Assembly: GCA_031800475.1 (NCBI GenBank)
Contig: DAPKRQ010000152.1
Location: 8,113-72,112, forward strand
Origin: Myxococcales bacterium LLY-WYZ-16_1
GTDB taxonomy: Bacteria; Myxococcota; Kuafuiibacteriia; Kuafuiibacteriales; Kuafuiibacteriaceae
Reading direction: 5' to 3'
Length of the DNA stretch: 64,000 nucleotides
Position numbers and translations under genes: made by a program. The stretch's first letter is position 1. The number at the start of each line of letters is the position of its first letter. Under the pieces are notes generated by a model. It made no database searches. It was not told the origin of the DNA and was given only the letters and a program-made list of their open reading frames with translations. Shown here one piece after another: positions 47,377-56,646 of this stretch.

Positions 47377-47877
47377 GTGCTAGATTCTTTTCGGATGAGA
47401 TACGGACGACCCGCCCAGATGGTCTTCGCAGCCTTCGACGCTCCACAGAACGCGGTCGGCGTCTTGGAGGAACTGCAGAGCAAAGGGTTCAAGCCGGGAG
47501 GCTTCGGCCTGATCGCCCGGGAGCAAGACCGGGGCGCCATGGACGACTCGGACCTGATGGGCGAACTCATGAACCAGCTGACCCACGCTCCCGCCATGTC
47601 GGTGGACGGGCGCGACGTGGCCAGCGCGGGCAGCGTCCCCGGCCAGCTGGACCCGGGAGCCGATGGCGCCATGGCCGGTCTGCGCGCCGCGCTGCAAAAC
47701 GCCGGAGCGTCGGCGCGCGAGGCGGGCGAGATCGAGCGCACCCTCGCCAACGGCGGGGTGGTTTTGGCGGTGGCGGCGGCAGACCCGATCAAGGGTGCCG
47801 ACGCAGCCACCCTCTTCCGGGATCAGGGCGCGCGGGTGGCCGCTCGGCTCGCCGTACCCCCCGCTTCCGGCAACTGA
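47377..47877 (+). CDS. General stress protein 17M-like (YflT domain) protein
   Basis: MVFAAFDAPQNAVGVLEELQSKGFKPGGFGLIARE resembles the YflT/GsiB-like stress-protein N-terminal domain, with a Gly/Ala-rich tail. Start uncertain (GTG 47377, ATG 47395 or ATG 47419). Confidence 0.55.
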   Translation: MLDSFRMRYGRPAQMVFAAFDAPQNAVGVLEELQSKGFKPGGFGLIAREQDRGAMDDSDLMGELMNQLTHAPAMSVDGRDVASAGSVPGQLDPGADGAMAGLRAALQNAGASAREAGEIERTLANGGVVLAVAAADPIKGADAATLFRDQGARVAARLAVPPASGN

Positions 47878-47902
47878 GTCGCAGACCGGCCTGGGCTTCG
47901 GA

Positions 47903-48928
47903 TCAAAACCCGAAGGCGAGAATGGCCGCGCCGGTCAGGTACACGCCCAAGATGACGACCCCCTCGAACCCGATGCCCGCCCGCTGACGATGGAGCAATC
48001 CGGCCGCCAGGGTGGCCGTGAGCAACAAGGTCTCGGCGGCCACGAAGAACGTGGACGGGTCGATGGCGTGGTACACCGAGCCGGGAGCGAGGACGTCGCA
48101 CACCGCCACGATCAGAATGTCGAAAGCGTTTCCTCCGATGATGTTCGCCACGGCCAACGTGAGGGCGCCCGCTCGCACCGCGAAGATGGCCACCATCAAC
48201 TCGGGAAGCGACGACGCCACGCTGGTCATCATGCCGCCGACGAAGCTGTCGGAAAGGCCCGTGGTTTCCGCCAACCCCAAACCGGTTCGGGCGAGCAGAC
48301 CGCCGGCGGCGGCCACGGTGAGGCCCAACAGGACGAAGCGAAGCCAATGGCCGCCGATGGATCCCGCAGCCCCCTTCGGCGGACGGTCGGCCGCCCCGGC
48401 GGCAGTTGCCGGGTCCAGATTGGGGCGCCACATGGGTCGGACCCGGGCCTGCTGCGTCAACCGAAGGCCCGCCATGTACACCACCACCAAGGCGATACTC
48501 GCTGGATGCACCGATCCCCAAGTCACGGCCGGAGAGGCGACCCCGAGCACCACCACCGACAGCAAGCCGATGGTCAGCAGGCACTGAAACAAATTCGGGA
48601 GGGACGCTGCGGCGTGCTCCAGGTTTCCATGGCGATGGAAGAGGTCGGCCACAACGATGAACGCAGTCTGGACCGCGATTCCCCCGAGGGCATTGCTGAC
48701 CGCGAAACTGGGGCGCCCTTCCCACGCTGCGAGCGCGCTGGTGACCAGCCCCGGCAGGCTGGTCATGGCGCCCAGCAAGACGCCACCCACCAGCGCGCGG
48801 CCGACGCCGGTGCGCTCGGCCAGAACATCGGCCGCCCGAGTGAACGGCACGCCCGCCACGAGCAGAACCCCCGCGGCGAGTGCCAACAGCCCGCCATGGT
48901 ACGCCGGAGAGCCAGGCGCCCAGTCCAT
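47903..48928 (-). CDS. Ca2+/Na+ antiporter (CaCA family, YrbG-like)
   Basis: Two alpha-repeat motifs (GAMTSLPGLVTS and GGMMTSVASSLPEL; GNAFD). 10 predicted TM helices. Start at MDWAPGSPAYHGG. Confidence 0.8.
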   Translation of the reverse strand: MDWAPGSPAYHGGLLALAAGVLLVAGVPFTRAADVLAERTGVGRALVGGVLLGAMTSLPGLVTSALAAWEGRPSFAVSNALGGIAVQTAFIVVADLFHRHGNLEHAAASLPNLFQCLLTIGLLSVVVLGVASPAVTWGSVHPASIALVVVYMAGLRLTQQARVRPMWRPNLDPATAAGAADRPPKGAAGSIGGHWLRFVLLGLTVAAAGGLLARTGLGLAETTGLSDSFVGGMMTSVASSLPELMVAIFAVRAGALTLAVANIIGGNAFDILIVAVCDVLAPGSVYHAIDPSTFFVAAETLLLTATLAAGLLHRQRAGIGFEGVVILGVYLTGAAILAFGF

Positions 48929-49119
48929 CACGGTGCTCCGCCGCAATCCGGGGACATCGCCCCATCCTGGGCACGCCCCCGAGAACGGGAGCAAAGAATC
49001 GGCGCGCTCCGTCTCGGCGAGGCATCCCGCCTCAGGGCAACGCACCCGTGGCGGGCGGACAAAGCGCGGCCCAGACAATCGGTTGGGCGCCGGCATTCAA
49101 CTTGCGGCGCGTGAGCCCC

Positions 49120-49581
49120 ATGCAACGGAAACCATTTCACATCTCCATGAACCCTTTCATGAAACTCTCGATGGCGGCGGGCATCGCGCTGGCGCTTTCG
49201 GTGCCCGGTAGCGGGCGAGCCCGAGACGCCGACCTGCCGCAGCCGCGTGTCGACCGTGGGATCCGGCACCTGAGTGGCGGGGTGGGTCTGCAAGAAGAGC
49301 GCGCCATGAACCAAGTCGCCCATCGCTATTCGACCCGCATCGTGTTCGCGCGACCGGATGGCGCTTTCCTCAGTCGGCTGGACTTGCGCGTGCGCAGGGA
49401 CGGACGCACCCTGGTGCAGGATGAGTTGCGGGGACCGATGTTCTTCGCGAACTTGAAACCGGGGACCTATCAGGTCGAGGTCGAGCACGAGGACTGGCAG
49501 AACCGAACGGTGTCGGTGCACGTACCGGTCGACGGCCATGTCGAGCTCTTGCTGACGATGGCGCCTTCGCCGAATGCCTGA
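49120..49581 (+). CDS. Small secreted hypothetical protein
   Basis: Signal peptide (MNPFMKLSMAAGIALALSVPGSGRA) encoded by AT-rich codons. The mature part has a beta-rich pattern (TYQVEVEHEDWQNRTVSVHVPVDGHVELLL). The true start is one of ATG 49120, 49147 or 49159. Confidence 0.5.
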   Translation: MQRKPFHISMNPFMKLSMAAGIALALSVPGSGRARDADLPQPRVDRGIRHLSGGVGLQEERAMNQVAHRYSTRIVFARPDGAFLSRLDLRVRRDGRTLVQDELRGPMFFANLKPGTYQVEVEHEDWQNRTVSVHVPVDGHVELLLTMAPSPNA

Positions 49582-49628
49582 TCCGAGCGAAAGGATCGTC
49601 GGGGGCTTTGCCCCCGGCCCTTTCCTCT

Positions 49629-50849
49629 TCAAGCCTCGACGCCTCGAGTGAGACGCACCAGTTCCATGCATGCTCGAGCCACCTGACTGGCGGCTTCGGG
49701 TTGGCCCAGTCGGTGAGCTTGCGTCCTCAAAGACCTCCAGCGATCCAGATCGGCGAACATGGCGTCGATTTTGGGTCCGAGCAGAGCGCTTCGAAAGATC
49801 CGCGTCGCCGCCTGGTGCTCCAGGAGAAAGTCGACATTCTGGGCTTCTTGATCGGGGCGAGGCCTCAGAAATGCCATGGGGCAGCCGGCCGACATCGACT
49901 CGGCGCAGGTCAGCCCGCCGGCCTTTCCGATCACCACGTCGGATTCGGCCAAGACCTCCGGCATGTCGTCTCGCGGCCCACAAACCTCCACGACGTGCCC
50001 ATCTGGCGGAACCGAGACCTGCCGGAGCGCATCGAGGCGGTCTGAATCCCCACCCGCCAGCACCCGAACGTAAAGGGGACGTCTCGCCATCAGCAGATCT
50101 TGCAGGTTCTGGGTCGCGGCCTCGGGGGTGGTGCCGGTCGCCGACAGCAAGACCCGAGGGCGACGCTCCTCCGACTCGAACGCCCGGATCCGGGCTTCGG
50201 TTTCGGCATCGAAGTCCGCGTCGTTCTTTCGCAGGGCAGCAAATCGGGGGTCGATGGGAATGCCGGTCCGTTCGATCCGATCGAGCGGAACCCCGAGACG
50301 GCTCAAGTAGGCCTTGGCATCCCCCGAAGCCACGAAAAAGCGCTCGCAGGGGTCCTGCGACCAAAGTGCGTGACTGAAATAGTCCGTCGTGACCGTGACG
50401 TGCGGAAAGTGCACCCGGCCCCTGCGCCGCAGAAAAGCGGCCACCTCGGCCGGGAAGAAGTGGGTGTGAATGGCCAGGTCGCAGGGAGTCTCGACCATGA
50501 AGTCGATCAGCGATCGCAGGCTCGTGAGTTCCAAGCCCCGGAGGCTCTTTTCGAAGATGTTTTCCTTTTCGGGCGGACGGTCGGACCAAGCGTACAGTTG
50601 CCCGAAGACGTGGGGGGCGTCGTCCATCAGCCAGTTCCTCACGGTTTGATACACTTGATGGACCGCTGGATTCATGTAGTCGACGATGTTGACCCGCCGG
50701 ACCTCGACCGGCTCGGGCAAAGCCCGCAGCGCCGCATCCACCGCTTCGGCAGCCCGCCGATGGCCGGCTCCCGTGGATTCCATGTAGTATATGCATACCC
50801 GGAGAGATGAAGGGGCATTTCCCCCTCCGTGGAAGTCGGAAGGTCCCAT
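49629..50849 (-). CDS. GT28-family glycosyltransferase (monogalactosyldiacylglycerol synthase/UgtP-like diacylglycerol glycosyltransferase)
   Basis: N-terminal LRVCIYYMESTGAGHRRAAEAV matches the MGDG-synthase/UgtP G-loop (xVLILSASTGGGH). C-terminal GT-B domain (VIGKAGGLTCAESMSAGCPMAF). About 5-10% lower GC than its neighbours (hand count). Confidence 0.75.
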   Translation of the reverse strand: MGPSDFHGGGNAPSSLRVCIYYMESTGAGHRRAAEAVDAALRALPEPVEVRRVNIVDYMNPAVHQVYQTVRNWLMDDAPHVFGQLYAWSDRPPEKENIFEKSLRGLELTSLRSLIDFMVETPCDLAIHTHFFPAEVAAFLRRRGRVHFPHVTVTTDYFSHALWSQDPCERFFVASGDAKAYLSRLGVPLDRIERTGIPIDPRFAALRKNDADFDAETEARIRAFESEERRPRVLLSATGTTPEAATQNLQDLLMARRPLYVRVLAGGDSDRLDALRQVSVPPDGHVVEVCGPRDDMPEVLAESDVVIGKAGGLTCAESMSAGCPMAFLRPRPDQEAQNVDFLLEHQAATRIFRSALLGPKIDAMFADLDRWRSLRTQAHRLGQPEAASQVARACMELVRLTRGVEA

Positions 50850-50939
50850 GGCCCAGCATCTACCGCAATCTGCGTGCCAAGTCCCGCGAACGTCGCACAC
50901 AGCTGGCCTCTGGCACGGGCTTTGATACGCATGGGCCGC

Positions 50940-52247
50940 ATGGGTTCCGACATCGTTCCCGATTTGAAGCTCCCCTTCCCGCCGGGGTTTCGATGGGGTG
51001 CCGCCACATCGAGCCATCAGGTGGAGGGCGACAACCACGGAAACGACTGGTGGGATTGGGAGCTGGCCCATCCGACCCGAATCCGGGGCGGCGAAGTATC
51101 GGGCTCCGCTTGCGGCTGGTGGCGCGGGCGGGCCGAGCACGATCTTCGGCTCGCCGCGAGCCTGGGACACAACGCCCATCGGGCGAGCCTGGAGTGGAGC
51201 CGAATCGAGCCCGATCCGGGCCGATTCTCCACTCGAGCGATCGATCGCTATCGCGAGATCTTGGGAGCGGGCAAAGACGCCGGGCTCGCCATGTACGTGA
51301 CCCTGAACCACTTCACATTGCCTCGCTGGGTCTCGGTCCGGGGCGGCTGGACGGACCGGAGCCTTCCGGATCGCTTTGCGGGCTATGCCGAGCATGTGGC
51401 CCGATGCCTGGGCGACCTGGTCGAGGGGTTTTTGACCGTGAACGAGCCGGCGGTCTTGGCTTTCAAAGCCCACCTTCAAGGCATGTGGCCACCGGGCCAG
51501 CGAGACCCCCGAGCGGCCGCCCGGAGCCTGGGCGGCCAACTGCGCGGCCACGAGCTCGCGTTCGAGCGGTTGAAAGCCGTCCTCCCCTCGGTCCCCGTCG
51601 GAATCGCCCTCAACATTCCCACCGTGGAACCGGCCCGCCCGGGTCACCGAGGAGACCACAGCGCGGCCAACCTGGAAGACTGGTTGGTGAACGGCTGCCT
51701 TCTTCGAGCCCTCCGCACGGGCCGTCGATGGCCGCCCATCGGCTGGGCCCGGACCACGGCCCGCCCGCGCCCGCTCGACTTCATCGGACTCAACTACTAC
51801 GGAGCTTATCAGGTGCAGCTCGACTTCGGCCGACGGCCTCGCTTCGTGCAGCGACCGACCATCCGAACGGAAACGGCCGACTGGGGAAAACCTGCGCCCG
51901 ATGCCTTCTACCAAGTGCTGCGGCGCTTGCAGTCCCTCGAAGTCCCCATCCTGGTATCGGAAAACGGGTTGTTCGATGCCGACGACAGCCTGCGCCCCCG
52001 GTACATCGTCGACCACGTCGAAGCGATGCACCGAGCGATTCACGACGGTGCACCCGTGTTCGGTTACCTGCACTGGTCTTTGATCGACAACTTCGAGTGG
52101 GCCCAAGGCTGGACCACACCATTCGGGCTGGTGGGCATCGACCGAGTCACCCAACAAAGAACGCCCAAAAAGAGTGCGAAGCTCTTCGAGGTCATCGCCC
52201 GAAACAACGCCCTCGTGGGTCTTCATCCGACGTCGGCGTCGGCCTGA
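50940..52247 (+). CDS. GH1 family beta-glucosidase
   Basis: N-terminal GH1 signature FPPGFRWGAATSSHQVEG, acid/base TVNEP, nucleophile LVSENG, and the C-terminal HWSLIDNFEWAQGW. Confidence 0.9.
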   Translation: MGSDIVPDLKLPFPPGFRWGAATSSHQVEGDNHGNDWWDWELAHPTRIRGGEVSGSACGWWRGRAEHDLRLAASLGHNAHRASLEWSRIEPDPGRFSTRAIDRYREILGAGKDAGLAMYVTLNHFTLPRWVSVRGGWTDRSLPDRFAGYAEHVARCLGDLVEGFLTVNEPAVLAFKAHLQGMWPPGQRDPRAAARSLGGQLRGHELAFERLKAVLPSVPVGIALNIPTVEPARPGHRGDHSAANLEDWLVNGCLLRALRTGRRWPPIGWARTTARPRPLDFIGLNYYGAYQVQLDFGRRPRFVQRPTIRTETADWGKPAPDAFYQVLRRLQSLEVPILVSENGLFDADDSLRPRYIVDHVEAMHRAIHDGAPVFGYLHWSLIDNFEWAQGWTTPFGLVGIDRVTQQRTPKKSAKLFEVIARNNALVGLHPTSASA

Positions 52248-52351
52248 CCGGCTGGCGGTCGAGCCCGACTCCTCGGGCCTGACCGGCTGGCGGTCGAGCC
52301 CGAGACTCCTCGGCCTGACCGGCTGGCGGTCGAGCCCGAGACTCCTCGTCC
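52245..52351. repeat. Tandem direct repeat, 3 x about 36 bp (TGACCGGCTGGCGGTCGAGCCCGAGACTCCTCGGCC); the first unit begins with the bgl stop codon
   Basis: Units 52245..52279, 52280..52315 and 52316..52351. Each unit contains a small CCGAG-ACTC-CTCGG hairpin. The repeat sits at the convergent junction with the lower-GC ATP-grasp gene. Confidence 0.85.
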
Positions 52352-52395
52352 CACCGAGGCAAAATGTCCCTCGTCCAGCCGGAAACCTGCTCCTT

Positions 52396-53694
52396 TCAGT
52401 GGACCTGTGCGAGCCGGCGGACCTCGATCTCGAACGGAAGAATCTCGAGGGCGCGCTGATAGCGCTCGACGAGCTCGGCCTGGTCCCGTGCCCCGAGCAG
52501 CAGGTTCGCCAGCTCGTAGCTGTAGCTGTCCTGACGCGACAGGTCCTCCAGTCGAATTCCCTCGTCCACGAGCACCCGCAGCTCGCTTTCGGGCATCTCC
52601 GCGCGGAGTCGCTCCACGTCGTCGACGTGGGGCACCCGCTGGACGAAGCCATCTTCGAAGACGCGCAGCATGAAATGAGCGGCCACGTTGTACCCACCTG
52701 CCTTCTCCATCGGCCGGGGTTTGCGTCCCAACGCGACCGACACCATGGTGTTGAAATGGCTGATTCCGTGAACCCGTTCAAAAACGCCCGCGTGGGACTG
52801 AGAGCAACGCGGATTGATCTCGAGCAAGTACACCTGGTCGGCGGTGCGGTCGTAGAAGAATTCGATGTTGAACACCGTGTGGTCCAGGCCAATCTTGGCC
52901 AGCGCCCGCCGGGCCACGTCAATCATGCGGTGCTGGACCTCCAGCGGGAGTGACGAAGGGTACTCGTATCGTGACAACGACGAGCGATCGGAGCCTCGCA
53001 CCGAATCGACGAATCCGTACCCAACCACGTTACCGTCCAAAACGTAGCCTTCCAGGGTACACTGGGCGCCGGCTAGTGGCGTTTCGGCCAGACAAGACTC
53101 TTGCATCTGCACCAGCTCCATCGGGCCACCGAACTGCTCCATCACGTAGCGAAATCCGGAGTTTATCTTCTCGATGTGCTTCCGTATCTGGCGCATCGCA
53201 GACTCGAAACCGCTCTTGCTGTTGATGCGGAACGCGAGAAAAGATCGAAACGACTTGATCGGCTTCACCCAAAACGGCGGCGGAAAGTCGATCGACTCGA
53301 ACGCATCGTCATCGAAGGGGTCGAACGCGCGAAACTGTGGGATGTTATCCGGAATGACCTTTTGCTGCTCCAACCGACTCCAATACTTGTGCTCGCACGC
53401 CAAGACCGACTGAAGCGAGGGACCTCGAAGACCGAAGCGCTCGTTCAGGATCGGAACCATGGTGGTGCCCGGATAGTCGTAGAAGCTACAGATCCCGTCG
53501 ACCTTACCGACCCGCTCGATGTTCCGGGTCGCTCGGTCCAACAGCCCGGATACGTCGATCTCGTCTCCGCGGAGTTCGCCATAATCCACCGCGGAGTAGA
53601 AATCGCACTCGGAAGCCAGCGGAATCCGCTCCAGCACCTGCCGGTTGAACTCGTCCATACCCACGACGAATATGCTCTTTCGATCGCTCATCAC
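52396..53694 (-). CDS. ATP-grasp domain protein (L-amino-acid ligase / D-Ala-D-Ala ligase-like carboxylate-amine ligase)
   Basis: ATP-grasp fold layout comparable to BacD-type ligases (PFWVKPIKSFRSFLAF; LEGYVLDGNVVGYGFVDS; FNIEFFYDRTADQVYLLEINPR). GC about 53-58% versus about 70% locally (hand count). Its ATG is 6 nt after the upstream CocE/NonD stop. Confidence 0.75.
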   Translation of the reverse strand: MMSDRKSIFVVGMDEFNRQVLERIPLASECDFYSAVDYGELRGDEIDVSGLLDRATRNIERVGKVDGICSFYDYPGTTMVPILNERFGLRGPSLQSVLACEHKYWSRLEQQKVIPDNIPQFRAFDPFDDDAFESIDFPPPFWVKPIKSFRSFLAFRINSKSGFESAMRQIRKHIEKINSGFRYVMEQFGGPMELVQMQESCLAETPLAGAQCTLEGYVLDGNVVGYGFVDSVRGSDRSSLSRYEYPSSLPLEVQHRMIDVARRALAKIGLDHTVFNIEFFYDRTADQVYLLEINPRCSQSHAGVFERVHGISHFNTMVSVALGRKPRPMEKAGGYNVAAHFMLRVFEDGFVQRVPHVDDVERLRAEMPESELRVLVDEGIRLEDLSRQDSYSYELANLLLGARDQAELVERYQRALEILPFEIEVRRLAQVH

Positions 53695-53700
53695 ACTCCC

Positions 53701-55698
53701 TCAGATCAGGTCTCGTGGAACGATCTCGTTCCAGCTCTTGGAAAAGATGCGGCTGTCGCCTTCGTACGCATCCAGCGTAGCGCTCAGGCGAAAATGGGTC
53801 CGGGTCGAGGTCAAGACGGTCCGAGTCGAGGTCTGGGTCCGCCATTCCCCCCGGCGAAAATGGCGAGACGCCGACACTTCTCCTCGCACGGTGTCGTACC
53901 GATAATTCCGGTAAGAATAGCGCTCGGTCACTTTTCGACAAACCTCCCAATCGATGTGGTCCAACCGAAATCGCATGTCGTCGTTGATCACCTGCAGCAT
54001 GGACTCGTTGGTGGCGAGATTGTGCTGCACCGTCCACTCGCGGTGAGCCGGCTCCAACAAGGTCCATCGAAGCGAGTTTGGCCGACCGTTCGGACTGGGG
54101 AACGGCCTGAGCGCTTCGTCGCCGGGAGCTGAAGTGCGGATCGGAAGAACGATGGTGCTCTTGCCCGTTCGAACGCGAATGGTCACCGGTTCGGGCGAAG
54201 GCCAGATCAAAGGCCAGTACGAGGTCGAGATCGCCACCCGCACCCGGTTGCCCGCCGGAAAGCGCTGGGCGATGTGGTTCAGCGGTACGCGAACCCGCTC
54301 CCACCGTCCGGGCTCGAAGGGCCGCGGAAACTCCCTCGACTCGCGGTGGGTCAGATTCAGCACCCCGTATGTCACGCGCGAAACGGAACCGCCGGGGGCA
54401 ATGTCCGACAAGCGCACAGCGACCATGGCCACCGGTTTGTCCACGGTCAGCTCGAGCTCGGCCACGGGCATTCCCAAAACCTCCAGCGGCTCCTCCAGCA
54501 CCGGCCCATCGAACACCAACGCACCGCCATCTTCTTCTCGTTGATCGAAGGGAAGGTCCGTGTCTCCCGCATACGAATACCACTTTCCGGCAAACAGACC
54601 GACACTGAGTGGACTTTGGACCCATACTTCTTCTTCGTCGCAGGCCGTCCCCTGGCCCATCTCGATCCCCCGCACCGAGAGTGGAAAGGCATGCTCGGTC
54701 ACCCGGGGGCTCGGCCAGCTCGATTCGGCGACCCATCTGCCCGGGCGCGAGGGTGTGAGTGGTGAAGTGGAGTCTTGCATCCACACTCGGAGGGCCGGCT
54801 CTCGATCGATGCCCGTGTCCAGGCCTTTGAGCCAGCGGTCCCACCACCGGACGCACTCTTCCAAAAAGCCGATGGGCTCCCCCACGTCGGTCATGTGGGG
54901 GTACTTGTGGCCCCAAGCACCGATGAGACCCTTGACCGGTCCGGGAAGGTTTCGAACCAAGCGAAATACGGTGTTGCTGTAGCCGTCGGCCCACCCGCTC
55001 ACGGCGTAGACCGGAACCCGCACTTTCTCGTAGTCCTCGCAGATCGACGCGTGCTTCCAATACTCATCTCGGCGTTGATGCTGGAGCCACGTGTGGATCC
55101 ACAGGCCGCTGCCCTGCAGCCGCTCCAGCCATTGGTCCCGCCAACCATCCCCAACCAGCATCGGATCCGGCGGACAGCTGTTGTAGGCGAACATGTTCGA
55201 CGCCCACGACAGGTTATCGGTCAGCATCGCCCCGCCCATGTAGTGCACATCATCGGCGAACCGGTCGTCCGAGGAACACACGCTGACCACGCATTTGAGC
55301 TCCGGCGGTTGGCGGGCCGCCAACATCAGGCCGTTGAAGCCGCCCCAAGACAGGCCGAACATTCCCACCTGTCCGTCGCACCACGGCTGGGAGGCAATCC
55401 ACCGCAACACCTCGATGCCGTCGTCCAGTTCCTGCGGCAGGTACTCGTCCCGCAAGACACCTTCCGAATTCCCGCTTCCACGCAGGTCGACCCGCACCGA
55501 GGCGTAACCGTGTTCGGCAAAGAACGGATGAATTTGGGCATCCCGCAGCGCCGTGAAGTCGCGGTGTCGATATGGAATGTATTCCAAGATGGCCGGTACG
55601 GGCTCACCATGGATGGGCCGCCAGATTCGAGCGGAGAGGTGACATCCGTCCGACATGGGGATCCGCACGTGGGCGTGCTCTTCGATCGGTACCGCCAT
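53701..55698 (-). CDS. CocE/NonD family hydrolase (S15 X-Pro dipeptidyl-peptidase-like)
   Basis: 665 aa. GLSWGG nucleophile elbow, N-terminal alpha/beta hydrolase domain and C-terminal beta-sandwich as in CocE/NonD. GC about 60-65% (hand count). Confidence 0.85.
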   Translation of the reverse strand: MAVPIEEHAHVRIPMSDGCHLSARIWRPIHGEPVPAILEYIPYRHRDFTALRDAQIHPFFAEHGYASVRVDLRGSGNSEGVLRDEYLPQELDDGIEVLRWIASQPWCDGQVGMFGLSWGGFNGLMLAARQPPELKCVVSVCSSDDRFADDVHYMGGAMLTDNLSWASNMFAYNSCPPDPMLVGDGWRDQWLERLQGSGLWIHTWLQHQRRDEYWKHASICEDYEKVRVPVYAVSGWADGYSNTVFRLVRNLPGPVKGLIGAWGHKYPHMTDVGEPIGFLEECVRWWDRWLKGLDTGIDREPALRVWMQDSTSPLTPSRPGRWVAESSWPSPRVTEHAFPLSVRGIEMGQGTACDEEEVWVQSPLSVGLFAGKWYSYAGDTDLPFDQREEDGGALVFDGPVLEEPLEVLGMPVAELELTVDKPVAMVAVRLSDIAPGGSVSRVTYGVLNLTHRESREFPRPFEPGRWERVRVPLNHIAQRFPAGNRVRVAISTSYWPLIWPSPEPVTIRVRTGKSTIVLPIRTSAPGDEALRPFPSPNGRPNSLRWTLLEPAHREWTVQHNLATNESMLQVINDDMRFRLDHIDWEVCRKVTERYSYRNYRYDTVRGEVSASRHFRRGEWRTQTSTRTVLTSTRTHFRLSATLDAYEGDSRIFSKSWNEIVPRDLI

Positions 55699-55743
55699 GA
55701 GCGGCTCGTAGCATGGCCGCTTGGCCCGGTCAGCGTTCTCAGC

Positions 55744-56637
55744 TCAGCGGCCGGCGGCCCGACCGACGAATTCCCATACGGCCCGGTGCACTCGGGCAAA
55801 GCCGATTCCGGACGGGATCAGGTCCACCGGCCCAGGCCAAGTCCACGCATCGAGATCGCTGCGAAAATCTGCGGGAAGCGCTACCGTATCCAGCCCCTGC
55901 TTCCGCGCCAAGGCTTCCGCGCGAGGGAGATGCCAGGCCGAAGTCAGCAAGCCAACTTGCTCGATCCGATGGGCACGAGCCCAGGCCGCCACGGCGCGCA
56001 GTTCCTCGGACGTGTTCTTCGGCTCGGGCAGCCTCACCACTCGCTCCGGATCGACGCCGAGACTCTCCCACAGGCGCAGGGTCTCCTCGGTCAGGTCTCG
56101 GGGTGGACCCATCGAGGGAATGCTGGAACCCGTGGTGACCAAGAGGTTCGCCCGTCCGTCTCGAAGCAGTTGCGCTGCGAGCACGACCCGATCCCCGGCC
56201 TTTGAAACCTGGACGCGCTGGGGTCCCCGGTCCGTCCCACCCCCGAGCACCACCACGACCGGTACGGACAGCTCGATGGGACGGACGTGTCGGTACGGTG
56301 CCTCGAGCTGGAACAACAAAAGCTCGCCGAGCCAGGGGCTCCCCGCCGCCCCATACAGCACGGTAGCCGCGGCCCAAGCCCAAGCTTTTCGGCGCCGGCG
56401 ATGACCCAACCAAAGGGCCACCGCGGCTCCGCACGAAAACAACAGCCCAGCGGGCATGATCGCCGCGGCCACGAGTTTTTGAGCCACATACCCGTTCGGA
56501 AGGCTCCACGCCGCGACCCCAAAGGCCACCGCGGCACCAGCCCACGCCCAGACCTCACGCTTTCGGCCGGAGCGCCGATGTCTCAGTCCGTGGTCGACGA
56601 GCCAAAGGCCAGCCAAGACCGCGATGACGAAGATCAC
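55744..56637 (-). CDS. DUF218 (YdcF/ElyC-like) membrane-anchored protein
   Basis: Two N-terminal TM helices, then the DUF218 core (VVVVLGGGTDRG ... RVVLAAQLLRDGRANLLVTTGS). Confidence 0.75.
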   Translation of the reverse strand: MIFVIAVLAGLWLVDHGLRHRRSGRKREVWAWAGAAVAFGVAAWSLPNGYVAQKLVAAAIMPAGLLFSCGAAVALWLGHRRRRKAWAWAAATVLYGAAGSPWLGELLLFQLEAPYRHVRPIELSVPVVVVLGGGTDRGPQRVQVSKAGDRVVLAAQLLRDGRANLLVTTGSSIPSMGPPRDLTEETLRLWESLGVDPERVVRLPEPKNTSEELRAVAAWARAHRIEQVGLLTSAWHLPRAEALARKQGLDTVALPADFRSDLDAWTWPGPVDLIPSGIGFARVHRAVWEFVGRAAGR

Positions 56638-56646
56638 CGGGTCTCG

